From assembly GCF_009914755.1 (NCBI RefSeq), contig NC_060928.1: DNA of 64,000 bases; one strand, 5' to 3'. Made by a program: the position numbers and the translations under genes. The notes below the pieces were generated by a model. The model did no database searches, was not told the DNA's origin, and saw nothing but the letters and a program-made list of their open reading frames with translations. Numbering within the stretch: the stretch's first letter is position 1; every line of letters starts with the position of its first letter. Shown piece by piece: positions 12,084-24,422 of this stretch. The DNA is from the human T2T-CHM13v2.0 reference genome, Homo sapiens.

Positions 12084-12125
<42 letters not shown>

Positions 12126-12559
12126 TTCCTATTGGCTCTGTTTGTGTGGAGAACCCTGATACACTCATGAAGTTTTTGCATTTCAATAGAAATCAGAGAA
12201 GAAACAGGTTTCACAAAGGGAAGAATGGCTAGCTATGGAATAAGGCATAATGAGATGAAGAAGATGCTGACTTTGGGGGTAAAGAAACTGAGAATTACAA
12301 TTAGGATAAATGAAATAGGCTACATAGTACATCCAATATTAGAATTATTCAGTAAATGCTTTGGGAGCGATATGATTATTTTACAAGAAACTGAAGGTCA
12401 TTGTGGTTACAACAATAGCTAGCAGGAGGAACAGGAACCTTGGAATCAAAGCCTGTCTAACTCCAAAGCCAAATATATATCCAGGCTGACTTTACAGAGA
12501 TCTTGGAATTATTTATTATTTTGCAAGACAGACTTAGGTGGGTTGTTATTATACATTCA

Positions 12560-12760
12560 CAGGGGTTCACAGTTTCCAAAAATCTTTACCTCATTCAAAT
12601 CTCAGAACCCAACTTGTGACGTAGGTGACATTTATAATTTTACAGATAAGGCAGATAAGGAAACTCAACACATAGAAAAGAGAAGGATTTCTTAGTTATG
12701 CAGCTCAAATGCAGTGGTCGTGCTGGAGCTCAGGCCTCAGGACTCTAAGCCACGTGACCC
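12560..12760 (-). mobile_element. MIR fragment
   Basis: 'attttacagataagg...gaaactcaacacatagaaa'. Confidence 0.5.
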
Positions 12761-13519
12761 TTTATTTGGTGCAGGTGGGTCGTAAAGGAGTTTACATTCT
12801 TCTGTAAGCTGCTAACAAGCATGGGTGGGGAAAATTACCTATAAAAATCCCTATGTCTTTCATACAATGAAAGAAACATGGTTTTGTGTAAACAATGGCA
12901 AACTAATACACAAGTGCCGTTGTGAAATGACAATATTGATTATATATATGTACATCTTATACATGTACAAAATGATGCACATATAATTACACAGATGTTT
13001 TGTATTCAAAAATAAAATTAGTCAACTGTTTCACTGCTTGAAACATTTCAGCAAATTGTTACGACTAAATTGCTGGAAAATCGTGATCACCGTCTGCACC
13101 CGTAAAAGCTTTTACCAGCTCTCTAACTTTTGCTTAGTCAAATATCTCTAAGCCCTCAACTTCTTCTTCCAATTCTTCCATAAAGATGTCCATGGAGCTA
13201 TCACCATCCAACCTTCCTAGCCATGAATGAGATATAGCTGTTTCATTTGTTTGTCAATATTTTGACAAGGAAATACTTAAACTCATGCTACAGATTTTGC
13301 AAGCAGACATTGTCAATTTCAGGCTTGGTTGCATCTATTGCCTGTGAATGTAAAATGAAATCTCCCGCTTAAAAGTATTGTCTTCCTTGCCTCTCTCTTA
13401 GCCAGTGTGGTTGAAGGTCCCCCATGAAACATATGTGTCCTGACCCCCCTTTATCAGACTGTGTGTGCGAGACCACAGCTGAAAGCCAGCATTATTTGCT
13501 GCTACTGCAAACCTTCACT

Positions 13520-15200
13520 GAATTCCTAGCCCTTGCCATGTCCTGTGCTAGACTCTGGGAGGAAAAATAAAACGCAGTCCCCTTTCTCAAGGAGCCTGTT
13601 GTGCTGTGAGATACTGAAAATAAATAGGCAAGTTGTTAGGTGAATGGAAGTGCAGAGATATGCATAAGGAGCTGGGAAGGAACCTGATAATATGCAGGAA
13701 CTGATCCTAAGAAACACTTAAACAGTGCTTGCCACACGCCACCATAGAAAAGGCTTCACATTTATTAGCTCATTTGATCCTTACAATTACTCTGTGAGGT
13801 AGATGAATGATCCCCAATTTATAGACGGGAAAACTGAGGCACAGAAAGGTGAGGTGATATGGGGTCGCCAAACAAGTACAAGTACTTCTACTTAAAGTGA
13901 AATCCAGGTAGACAGACTCCAGAGTTCATACTCTTAAGAGGAATCCCACACCATCTCAGTAGTGGTCAGTGGGAGAAAGCGTGGTTAGGCAGCAAGAGGA
14001 AGTGGGAAGCACATTCCATGCAGAGACAGCTGCCTATTCAGAGGCAAAGGCACTGAGAAGACATGGCAGGGGTGCAGATTTTCCGCTTGGCACACAGGTG
14101 TGAAGACACGAGAACCAAGAGGTGAGGCTAGACAGGTCAGCATATTTACCATGCTCCTTGCATGTAAAGACGTCCCTAGTTTATTCTGAAGACAATGAGA
14201 AGCCATTGAAGATGTTTTACATACAGGAATGGCATGATCTAATTTCCATTTTCCATGAGGTCATTTGCAGGAGCAGATTTGTGGGTAAAGACCTGAAGCA
14301 AGGAAGGAAACAAGCTGAGAGGCTCTCACAGGTGTCCAGATACTAAGGGAAGAAAGGACGTTGCAGGCAGGAAGAACACTCAGCTGGGAAATATGCACAA
14401 AGTAGACTTGAAAAAAATGGGCCATAAAGTGAAGAAGAGGAGAGTGCTGAGGACTATGGCCAGTTTAGATGGGCTGAAGGAAACACCTAAGATCAAGCAG
14501 GGAGGAGGAAGTTAGTCAGTCCTATTTTGGATATTTAGGACTGGAGCTACTTAGGAGATCTGCCGAGAATGATGCATGCACATCACAGGATGGATAGAGA
14601 TAGAAGTGCTGACAGGCAGCAAATCTGGGTAGAAGCACTAACTAAGAGCATCTTACAGCTGTGCTTATAGAATAGTGACATGTATATTTGACTATTTCTC
14701 AGGAAAGAGCATTCTGGAGGAGGTAGTCGCGCAGTCCAAGTCCTCCAGATGCCATTTTCTTGCACTACCATTTCTTGGATAGGAGTCTGGAATTCTGTCT
14801 CTAGTCAGGCTTACTCCTAAGTTGTAGAAGTTATCAGCCTTAAATGAATTACCATTTATGAAACACCTAGAATACTGCCTGGAACTTGCAAGTGCTTATT
14901 AAACAAGTAAAATAAGCAGATGGACCCCCATTGAGATAAGAGCTGCACTTTCCCTTCTCACTTGATTTATGCTGGTCTTGGGTAGAAGAACAGAGGGAGA
15001 AATCTGAGGAGCCAGCACCTTAGAAACGGCCAAGGATGACTGTGAGAAGGACCACTAAGAGACGAAGAGGAACTCCAGTGGAAGTGTATGTCATATGAGG
15101 TGCGTTTCTTTATGGAGGTGGCATCAACAGGGCAGCATTCAGCGCAGAGGACAATTAAGTTAAAAATAAAAACTGATCAATTAGATGTAGTATGCACCCC
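13520..15200 (-). mobile_element. Fragmented L2, with a MIR inserted at ~13725-13937
   Basis: Antisense L2 motifs ('gtgctagactctgg...cagtcccctttctcaaggagcctg', 'acaatgagaagccattgaagatg...ggaatggcatgatctaatttccatttt') flanking a MIR core ('catttgatccttacaa...ggaaaactgaggcacagaaagg'). Confidence 0.65.
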
Positions 15201-15668
15201 AAAGATGAGAGTAGGCATGGGGGGCTTTGTGGGATTGTTAGTGATAACAGTCTAAATGTCTAATTTTTAGACCTATTGGGTTCAGCTTTGAACCTGGAGT
15301 CACAGGCTAACTACACTAACGTAGTTATGAGCACTAAAGAACACTAACTACAGTGTTCATTCAGATGCCAGGAATCGGCTACTTTTTGTTTAAGTGACTC
15401 AATAACCATTTGTTGAGTACATAATATGTGACCAATACTGAGTCAACTGGTAGAAGAAACAGAAGAAAACACATTTCTCAGGAGAAACACGTTTTGGGGG
15501 TTGTTTAATGTCTAGGCACGACTTGCCTGCACCCTCTGCTATGTGCTCCTGGGTTTCTTGTCTCAAAGCCATTTGTTTGCTGGATTCTGCATTCCTTAGT
15601 ATAACCGAGAGGTACAGAAACTGTCTCACTGTAAGCTCTTAGAGAGCAGAATCTTTTCTGGGTCTATA

Positions 15669-16015
15669 CAGTCATGTGTCACTTAATAAGGGGGATATAT
15701 TCTGAGAAATGTGTCATTAGGCGATTTTGTAGTTATGCAAACATCATGAAGTTTACATATACAAACCTAGTTGGTATAGCCTACTACACACCTAGGCATA
15801 TATAGAGTATAGCCTATTGTTCCTAGGCAACAAATATGTATAGCATGTTACTATACTGAACACTGGAGGAAATTGTAACACAATAGTAAATATTTTTGTA
15901 TCTGAACATATTTAAACACAGAAAAGGTACAGTAATAATACAGTATTATAACCTTATGGGACCACTGTTGTATATGCAGTCTGTTGTTGACCAAAATGTC
16001 ATGTGGTGCATGATG
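15669..16015 (-). mobile_element. Tigger3a (MER7A) MITE inserted in an L2 3' end
   Basis: TA|CAGTCATG...GCATGATG|TA; reverse complement of the 6401 element. The flanks 'actgtaagctcttagagagcaga' and 'ttcattatatcctgagcacct' rejoin as L2. Confidence 0.9.
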
Positions 16016-16029
16016 TATTTCATTATATC

Positions 16030-16250
16030 CTGAGCACCTGTCACATAAACACAGACAGAATAATAATCACATTTTCAGTAAGTGCTATGAAGAAATAGTA
16101 CAATATTATTTGAGAGTGTATGGTGGTGGAGGGGATCTTATTTAAAATAAGGGGTTGGCCAGGGAAAACCTCTCTGATAAAGTAATAATTTGAGATTTGC
16201 AAGAATGGTAAGTAGCTAAAGAAGGGAGGAAAAAAGAACATTCTAGAGAG
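16030..16250 (-). mobile_element. L2 fragment
   Basis: 'aagtgctatgaagaaa...ggttggccagggaaaacctctctgataaagtaataatttgag'. Confidence 0.65.
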
Positions 16251-17410
16251 AGAAAAAAAGAGAGGAGGAGAGAGAAAGAGAGAGAGCGAGAGAGACCCTA
16301 AGTCGTTGCAATCCATCTTTCTCATGTCAAATAGTGGTTTCCTTTAAGCTTCTGTAAAATGCCATTTCGGGAAATTATGTTTTCTGCTTTGCAAAATGAC
16401 TCATGTAAAAGTGTTCTTATGTTGTCATTGGGGTTAAAAATAAACTCAGGATATAATAACTTAGAATCATTTTTATTTTCATTCTTGATATTTTTTATAG
16501 GAAACAATGGAACTGCAAACTTAATTTTTCTTTTGCCATTTGAAAAATATTTTTTTTTTCTTGCTGGCTGATGCCAGCTCCCTACTCTGAACCCCTGGGG
16601 ATGCTGCAACCTCCAGACCTCTTCCCTCCCTCCACTTGGATCAACCATATGCTGCAGTAGGCCCCTGTCTGCTCCTCTAGGTTGGGCAGGGTGGAGCTGC
16701 TGAGACAACACACAGCCTCTAGGCCCAGGACATGGCAGCTCTGCCCAAAGCAGCTGGTGTTGATAGACTCTTTGTGCCCACAGGGTCAAGCCCCCCTGTG
16801 CTCAACATACTAGGCAGTCTGCTTCCTGGCTGTGGAATCAGGGAGTAGTTAACACACCTCTGAAGCTCAGAGCCCTGAACTTGGAGCAATAAATGACACA
16901 ATTTTATAAAGTGTCTGGTGAAATGCCTGGCACCCAATAGGTTTGCAGCACATGTTAATCAAAGCAGACTTGGTTCCTGTTGGCTTGACTTCTTCCTCTC
17001 TTAAATTCAGTCCTAAATGTGTCCAGTGGTACCAATGTGGTCAATTTGGCATCTGAGTGCTGAGAGGCCAGGATGGTATGGCCCAAGCGTGGGGCATGGG
17101 TGCAAGGGAAGTAACTTCATTAAGCAAAAAAGGTCATAAGGGTAGTTTTGGAAGTAGGCAACAGTAAAGAACTAGAAGAGAGTAGGAAGAATTTATCTGA
17201 GGGCTCATTACCAACATTTGCATATAAGCTTATGTAAAACACTCTTTGGGAACTACCAGTGATAATGGGGTGGAAGGAATGGAGTCTGAAGGCTGCATTC
17301 CTTCTGCAGTAAGTGGAGAGAAAGAGGGAACAAAATACACGTTTATGCTGTTAGAACCCATTTGTCTTCACCAATTGGTGTGACCTGGGGAAACACTGGT
17401 TACACTTAGA

Positions 17411-17923
17411 TGTTATTATTATTTTTTTGCTGCTATAACAAATTGCCAAAATCATAGTGGCTTAAACAATACAGTTTTAAAAATCTTATATTTCTGAAGG
17501 CCAGAATTCCAAAATGAGTCTCACTGGGCTAAAACCCAGGTGGAAGCAGTGCTGTGTTTCCTTTTTGTGGCTCCAGGGTCCAATTCCTTTCCTTCTTTCT
17601 CCCACTTCTAGAGGCTGCCCTTGTTCCTGGGCTCATAGCCTCATCCTTTATCTTCAAATCCCACAGTGTTGGGCTGAACCTTTCTCATGTTGTATCACTC
17701 TCACCCCCTCTTCTGCTTTCCTCTTCCACATTTAAGGACCCTTGCGATTGTATTGGACTTGCTCAGACAAGCCAGGATAATTTCTCAATCTTAAGGTCAG
17801 TTGATTAGCACCCTGAAATCCATCTGCAACCTTAATTCTCTTTTGTGGTGTAGCATAATACATTTATGGTCTCTTGGATTTAGGATATAAACATCTTTGG
17901 GGACTGCTATTCTGCCTTCCACA
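17411..17923 (-). mobile_element. MaLR solo LTR, MLT1D-like
   Basis: 'tgctgctataacaaattgccaaaatcatagtggcttaaacaa', 'gtctcactgggctaaaa', 'taaggtcagttgattagca', end 'attctgccttccaca'. Confidence 0.9.
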
Positions 17924-19044
17924 GGCACTACGCACAAAATCAAATGTTCTATCTAAATCGGGTAAAGAGCATGGGAAAAGTGTAAGACACTGGACTAATT
18001 TGAGAAGCCCATAGGCTCTGGTTTCAGCATCACTGCTTAAATATGTGTGATCCTGGAAAGGCATTTTGACTCAAAGGTCTTCTGTTTCTTTCCCTGTGGA
18101 TCAGCAGCTCTGTCTGAAGACAGAACAAATGTGTGGAGAAGAGGAAGCAGAAACAAGGTGGGTCTGTGCTAGAGTCTTGCTTTGGGGTCACATACTTGCA
18201 TTTTACAAAGAGATGCTAAACATTGCCCTCTGACAGGGAATGTGGGAATAGGTGTAGTGGAAATTCCACCTGTCTCAGCAGCTCAGAGTCTCAGCCCACA
18301 TGTGTCCTTGGGCAAGTCACCTCCTTTGTTCTTCTCAGTTTCACCCTCTGAACTCCTAAACCTCCCGTGTCCTTCCAAGGGCTGTGCTGCTATTACTATA
18401 AATTTAGGGCTAAAGGGATTTATTGGGGGAAACTTTGAGATAGTACCAGGCTTTGTTTCTATGTTAAACTCACTCCACACAGAAGTACCCAGCCAAGAAC
18501 CACATGTCTGGATTTCCTGGTGTATAGATAGAGATGCCAAAATAAACACCACAGTTTCACTGGGCAAGGGAAATACTTCATTTCAATTCCTCCTGAGGCA
18601 ATCTCTGAAGAGACCCATATCTGTTTGATATCAGCTGTGAGAACTTCAGGAGAAGAAGAGGAAGTATGTATCTGTCATCTGCATACATCTCCTATGGGTG
18701 TCCTGAGCTGCCCAACTATTTTTCTCATTGAATCCCTCCCTCACATCTTGGAATATTGGGAGTTCTGTGGTCTACACAAGGAGAATTCTGTGGTCTCCTT
18801 TGTGCAGGTAAAGTGAAGCGTGGGCCACTCAACAAGGCACTGACCAGGCCAAGCCACCCTGCCTTGCCTTTCCCTGTATGATGTCTATAAACCAAAAATA
18901 AAAGACCCCCAACCAACTGAAAGGACCACCCTCTTGGCCAAAAGGACCCCCAGAAACTTGGAAAACTAAATTTCTGGCCGTGATGGGAAGGGAAGTTGAA
19001 CATGCCTCATCAGACCCCCCTCCCTTTTGGTGTTTAGGCATGAC

Positions 19045-19169
19045 TTTTTAGTACAGACAGGGTTTCACCACGTTGGCCAGGCTGTTCTTGAACTCCTGAG
19101 TTCAGGCAATCCACCTGCTTAGGCCTCCCAAAGTGCTGGGATTACAGGGGTGAGCCATCGCGCCTGGCC
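19045..19169 (-). mobile_element. AluS left monomer only
   Basis: 'tttttagtacagacagggtttcaccacgttggccagg...gagccatcgcgcctggcc'; right arm and tail absent. Confidence 0.9.
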
Positions 19170-19221
19170 CCTACTTATCTTAACTCAAGCGTTTCTTGAT
19201 AGTGACGTCAAGTCTTTAAAC

Positions 19222-19436
19222 CTGGGGTGTCCAATCTTTTGGCTTCCCTGGGCCACATTGGTAGAAGAATTGTCTTGGGCCACACATAAAATATACTAAC
19301 ACTAACAATAACTGATGAGCTAAAAAAAAATCACAAAAAAACTCATAATGTTTTAAGAAAGTTTACAAATTTGTGATTACATTCAAAGCTGTTCTTGGCT
19401 GCATGTGGCCCATGGGCCATGAGTTGGACAAGTTTG
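19222..19436 (+). mobile_element. MER30 (hAT-Charlie) MITE
   Basis: 'ggggtgtccaatcttttggcttccctgggccacattgg...ttggacaagtttg'; 8-bp TSD CTTTAAAC (19214-21) / CTTTAGAC (19437-44). Confidence 0.92.
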
Positions 19437-19869
19437 CTTTAGACAAAGCCTAACTCTTTCAATCAATTGCCAGTAAGAAAATCTTTGAATCCATCAATTT
19501 CTTCATAAATTGTCTGAACTCAGGTATTCCTTTATAGTAATGCAAGATAGACTAATGTCAGTCACTTCAAGATATTCCACCTACCACTTGTGGGTATTCC
19601 CCCTTTTTAGGCTGAACCAATGTATACCTTCCATGTATTAATTTATGAATGTACCTATTATTCCTGTAACCCTAAAATGTATAAAACCAAACTGTAACCT
19701 GACCACCTTTGGCATACTTTCTCAAGACCTTTTGAGATGGTTCCCTGGGCCATGGTCACCCATATGGACTCAGAATAAACCTCTTTACAGTTCAGTTTTT
19801 CCATTAACAGTTCTCTGAGGCACCCCTTCTCGTGCCAGGGAATCATAGACTTTTCTTTAGGACATAAGT

Positions 19870-20170
19870 GAGGTTCATTCATTTCTTTATTCATTCAGAG
19901 GATAGGGGTGTAAACAAGACCCAGTGGCCACTCTTGCACATCTCACAACATAGAGGTAAAGAGGCGATGATGCCACAGTGCAGCATGGATCACAAAGGAG
20001 GAAAGTGCAGAGGATGTCTTAGACCCAAAATAGTCACCTGGAGAGAGCTAGAAGTTTCCTAGGGAGGAAATGATACTTGCACTGAGCGCTGAAAGCAAAG
20101 TAGACCTTCACTGGACTAAGATGAGATAGTGGGGTTCCAGACAATGGAATAGAGACAAGAGACAAGGCAA
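19870..20170 (-). mobile_element. L2 fragment
   Basis: 'ttcattcatttctttattcattca', 'gaagtttcctagggaggaaatgatacttgcactgag'. Confidence 0.55.
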
Positions 20171-20219
20171 CAGTATGAGATTCCCAACGATAGGAGGAAG
20201 TGGCAGGAGGAAGTGGACA

Positions 20220-20590
20220 GTATTCAATATTGAAGTCAGAGAGACTGGGCTCAAATCCCATCTATGTGACTTCCTGCCGCTCCTTAACCTTTCAGAGCCC
20301 CAGTTTTTCGCATCCGAAAGTAGGAGTATAATTTTTATGTCAAAAGACTTTCATGATTATTGTTTTGGATAATAATATAAAAACTAACAATATTTATTAT
20401 TTCTAGATACTATTCTGAGTGCTTTATGCATATTAACTTGTTTAATCTTCTCAGCCCTTTGTGGTGAACACTATTTTTTTTTTCTATTTTACAAATGAGG
20501 AATCTGAATGCAGGAAAATAAGTAACTTGCCCAAGGTGACATGCCCATCAGTGGCAGAGCTGGAGTCGAGATGCACCTCTTAACCAGTGT
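20220..20590. mobile_element. Two adjacent MIRs in opposite orientation (+ 20220-20375, - 20380-20590)
   Basis: 'ctgggctcaaatccc...cttaacctttcagagccccagttt' then 'ttttacaaatgaggaatctga...aagtaacttgcccaaggtgacat...gtggcagagctgg'. Confidence 0.75.
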
Positions 20591-21344
20591 ACATAGATAG
20601 CATATACAACAGCATGTTAGCATATCTAGAGCACCCACAGAAATAAGCACAAAGTAGGGCTTACAGGGCATCATGGAGCTGCAGAGGAGAGCAGAGGCCA
20701 GAGGTGAAGGGCTCTACTTATCTTTTATCCTATAGACCATTGATAGTTCAGGGAAGGCAGGGCACATCATGGTCAGATTTTCATTTTAAGGTAACCACTC
20801 TGGTGGTAGGGTACAGGAAGGCCTGGAGTGGATAAAGCAGAACATTGTTTTTGCAAGACATTAGAGGACGTTTCATGCATGTTGAAAGGAATTGAAGAGC
20901 CTTCATTCATAGCATTTACAGTGTCACAGAAGGAGCACAGAATGTAAAGGGAAAAAGATCAGGATTCAGTTTGTGACTGCCAAAATGCCAGAGACTACTT
21001 CTATGATTATGCTATAAAACTTTCTTCTTTTGATTTTTCTAGAAAATGAAGAGATCTATTGAAAAGCCTGGCTTAACAAATCAATTGAGATGGACCTACC
21101 AAACAGCATTAAAATACTCTACTTAAGCAGGGAGACTCACTTAATCATTTTAATAAAAGCTTCATATTAATAAGATTCTATGATTTGCAGATAGTGGTAT
21201 GGTATCAGACATGAATCAGGGATCTTGAGTTTCAGACCTATGCTTATACTGACTCTATGTTCTTGTCTGTAAAATACAGCACTTGAAAGACTCAAAAAAC
21301 TTTTTCAGTGGAATGTACTTTACATAGACTATCTATAAATTTCA

Positions 21345-21595
21345 TATTTACTGAGCACCCACTATAATACCCAATAACTATCCTTTTCAAGTGGTCAAGG
21401 GCCAAACGTGTCTGGGCACTGTACTCAGAGTGACTTTCTTGTTTAATCATTAGCACTGCCATGTGAGGTTGGTGTGATCACTGTCCCCATTTTATGAACG
21501 AGGAGACAAAGTCTCGTGGAAGTTAAGTCATTTTCCTAAGATCTCACAGCTAATTTCAATGAGTCTTTCTGATTCTAAACTCCTACTTCTGGTAC
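21345..21595 (-). mobile_element. MIR
   Basis: 'tccccattttatgaacgaggagacaaag...gttaagtcattttcctaagatctcacagctaa'. Confidence 0.7.
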
Positions 21596-21602
21596 TTTGG
21601 AC

Positions 21603-22150
21603 ACGGAGAATTGATAAATTAATGGCAAAAAATGGCCATAATTCTCTATTCCTCTCTGTAGCCAGGTTCTTGTAATATGATATCCTAGATCTTCCATCTG
21701 GAGGTAAATTCCATTTCCCTCCTTTGAATCTAGATGCCTTGTAACTTGCTCTGGGCAACAGATTGTGGCGGAAAGGATGCTATGCCAATTTTAAGACCAG
21801 GCCTCCAGGACTGCACACTTTTCTTAGCTCACTTAGAACCCTGTTAAGTAACCCACCAAATAAACACCAACAGGCTAGACTGCTGGAAGATGAGACACAC
21901 AAGGCCCAGTGGCTCTATCACCCTAGCTGACAACTGCAGACATGTGAGGCCATCCAAGATCACCCCATCATGGGCCAACACCCCTGCTGACATCACTGAT
22001 GCAGGAGGGATCCCAGCTCAAACCAGCAGAGTTTGGACCTGACCATAAGAACTCCCCAAGCAACCCTCAGTTACAAGCTCAACAATTGCTTACTGTTTCA
22101 AGTCTTTGATATGGTGGTGTTTGTTAGGCAGCATTATTGATAACTGATAT
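21603..22150 (+). mobile_element. Old MaLR solo LTR, MLT1G/H-like
   Basis: 'aaaaatggccataattc', 'cctttgaatctag...tgtaacttgctctgggcaacaga', end 'tttgttaggcagcattattgataactgata'. Confidence 0.75.
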
Positions 22151-22569
22151 GATAATCATTTGATTGCAATATTCAGATGGAAACATTTCTGTAAGGGAAA
22201 GGGGGTTCTGTTAATAAGTACAACAAAGTAAGAGGCAAAAGGGAGCTACCCAGGTTGCCCTCTCTGTGGGGATCCTAACTCAAGCAAGTGCAGAGATCTG
22301 GGCTCTGGTCAGAAACACAGCCTTTGTATTTCTGGGCAGAGGAGTGAGGCATTAAGAGTGGTTGGTTTTCCGTGCTTCTCAGTCTGGGAGTGATGAGAGA
22401 CCAAGAAAGCAGGAGTCACACCAACCAGAGCTGGGGTCCTTCGATCACAATTAAAATATAAAAGGAAAAAAAGTGGACTAAGTAAACTGAAGCAAAGAAA
22501 CCAAAGGGTACCAGCCTTTCTGAGTTTTTGTTTTCTGGAATGCGTTCCTTATCATAGCCCTCTCTAATA

Positions 22570-22790
22570 ATAAGAACCAGTGTTCTTCAAGAAGTGATTA
22601 TGTGCCAGACACTGTGTGGCTAGTTTAAAAGCATGAACTCATTTCATTGTCATGATTTCTTGAGGCAGGCACAGTTCTTGCCCCCATTTGACAGTGGAAG
22701 AGACTGTTGCTTTGAGAGCAAAGGAACTTGATTGGAAATGGAGCTGTGAAGTGCTCAACTCCAAAGTCAGAGGCCTTGTTTCTCCCCTGA
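22570..22790 (-). mobile_element. MIR
   Basis: 'tatgtgccagacactgtg...ccccatttgacagtggaagagactg'. Confidence 0.6.
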
Positions 22791-24422
22791 GCCAGCCTCC
22801 CAGAGGTAATTCCTATTAGATTAGGGTAATTAATACTACAGACATTACCTGTTCATGCCTTGGTTATGTCTGTCTCCCTTGACATTGTCCTCTCCTCACA
22901 CTCAGGTTCTGCCTGCAATTTTTTGTACAGTCCTCTTCACATATCACTCCTCCATAAAAGACAAATGAACAATTTGATGAGAAGCATTGTGGAATCGGAT
23001 AGGTAGAAGAGCCTATTTGCTTTGACTTTGGAACCCAAAGCTGTAAGCATGTTTCCTTTTGGGTTTGAGGTCTTTGACCCTGAGAATAAGATGCGTGCTA
23101 TTTATACTTCAAGAGTCTGTCTTGACTTCAGATTGGTTTCATGCTTAAGGTGTGGTGGTTCCAGCTTCTCAGCAAACAAAAATTTGTAGATCAATATGAC
23201 AGATGCAGAACGTGTAAGCAGCATACTCCTCTGCCTCTAAAGTTATGCGCTGGTGGCCAAACCTATGTCTGGAACACTAAAGCATCACTGATCTCAACTG
23301 ACTCATTGCACTAAGTCATGGGAATTAGGAACAGGGAGACCTCTGAGGTCCTTTCTTCATGGAGTACAGGGCCTGGTGTCCAATACAAGCATAAGAAACA
23401 TCAATTTCCCTTTGCAAAAACAAGTGCTTTCTAACTTGGGTCTTCAATCTCACAGAAGACCTTCTGGTCCAATACTGCAGAGTCACAGAACATTCTCTTC
23501 CAAGAATAGCTGCCAAATAATTTTGAAATATAAAAAGTATATATTAATCCATAAAACAAAATGTCTCAGAGAACACTGAGAGTCTTAGAAACACATAGTG
23601 TTTATGTTTTCTTCATGGAGTCTTATTGTTTAGAAACACTGGTTTAGCCCAATTAAAACTGGAAAGATACTTTTATTCTCCCTAAATTTATAAAAAAACT
23701 TAAATATTGAAGCCTGTCTTTTTCCTGAACATTAGTGGTGGAGGAGTGTCCAACTCAGGGCAGCTGGCTTTGTTTCAGCTCTCCCAGAGAACCTGGGTGA
23801 CTTGACTTTGCCAATAAACTTTGTGAGTCTCAGATCATCCACTTTACTAAAGAATGGAATTGAAATAGATTATTTCTTGTCTTGTCCAATGCCAACATTC
23901 TACTGAAGTATTTACAAGAAGAATTCCTGACTACTCCTGTGATCTGCACCATAAAAAGAAGGTTTGAAGTTGGGAGAAATTTCAGAAATACTCTTGGGGA
24001 TTCCAGAGGTTCATTAGCATATTCAACAGAACCTGAACATGGAAATATTGGCTGGGGCACCGAGAGACAATGGATATCGCGTTTCAAAGGAAGTGCGGCA
24101 TCTGCTAGATCACATGCAGAAAGTTCAAAGTAGGTGATCAAAAGTGAGTTAGATGTCTCACCCATGTCCAAGGTATCAAAAGGGGCATCAGAGGAGAGTA
24201 TAAGGAGAATTTTTTTGAATATATATTTTTGGAAAATATGTGGCTTTATTGTGAGACCTTTACCCCTCATAAAGAGAAAGGTGAGGAGGTGCCAGTCTGT
24301 CACCTCAAGCCTGGTGATTTGTGGGGGCAGGTGGTGGTCTTCAGCAGGACCACTTAGAGAATTTTGCTTAAGTCCCCTGCAGTGGAGTATATGGATCAGG
24401 GGTGGGGTGGTGGTGGTGGTGG

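Larger units (their letters stand above)
10731..12163 (+). mobile_element. MLT2 (ERVL) solo LTR, interrupted by a minisatellite, MER2 and an Alu
   Basis: Start 'gttagttttatgtgtcaacttgactgggccatgaggtgcccagatatt'; end 'cctattggctctgtttgtgtggagaaccctgataca'; 5-bp TSD CTAAT / CTCAT. Confidence 0.9.
18886..19809 (+). mobile_element. ERV1 MER4-family solo LTR, interrupted
   Basis: Start 'taaaccaaaaataaaa...ccccaaccaactgaaaggacc...ctcttggccaa'; 3' part 'cctaaaatgtataaaaccaaactgtaacctgaccacctt...cagaataaacctcttt...ttaaca'. Confidence 0.8.

Noticed and set aside
16322-16789. 155-aa ORF (also 18182-18628 and 61250-61771)
   Set aside because: Non-ATG starts, low-complexity or MIR-overlapping, no family resemblance.
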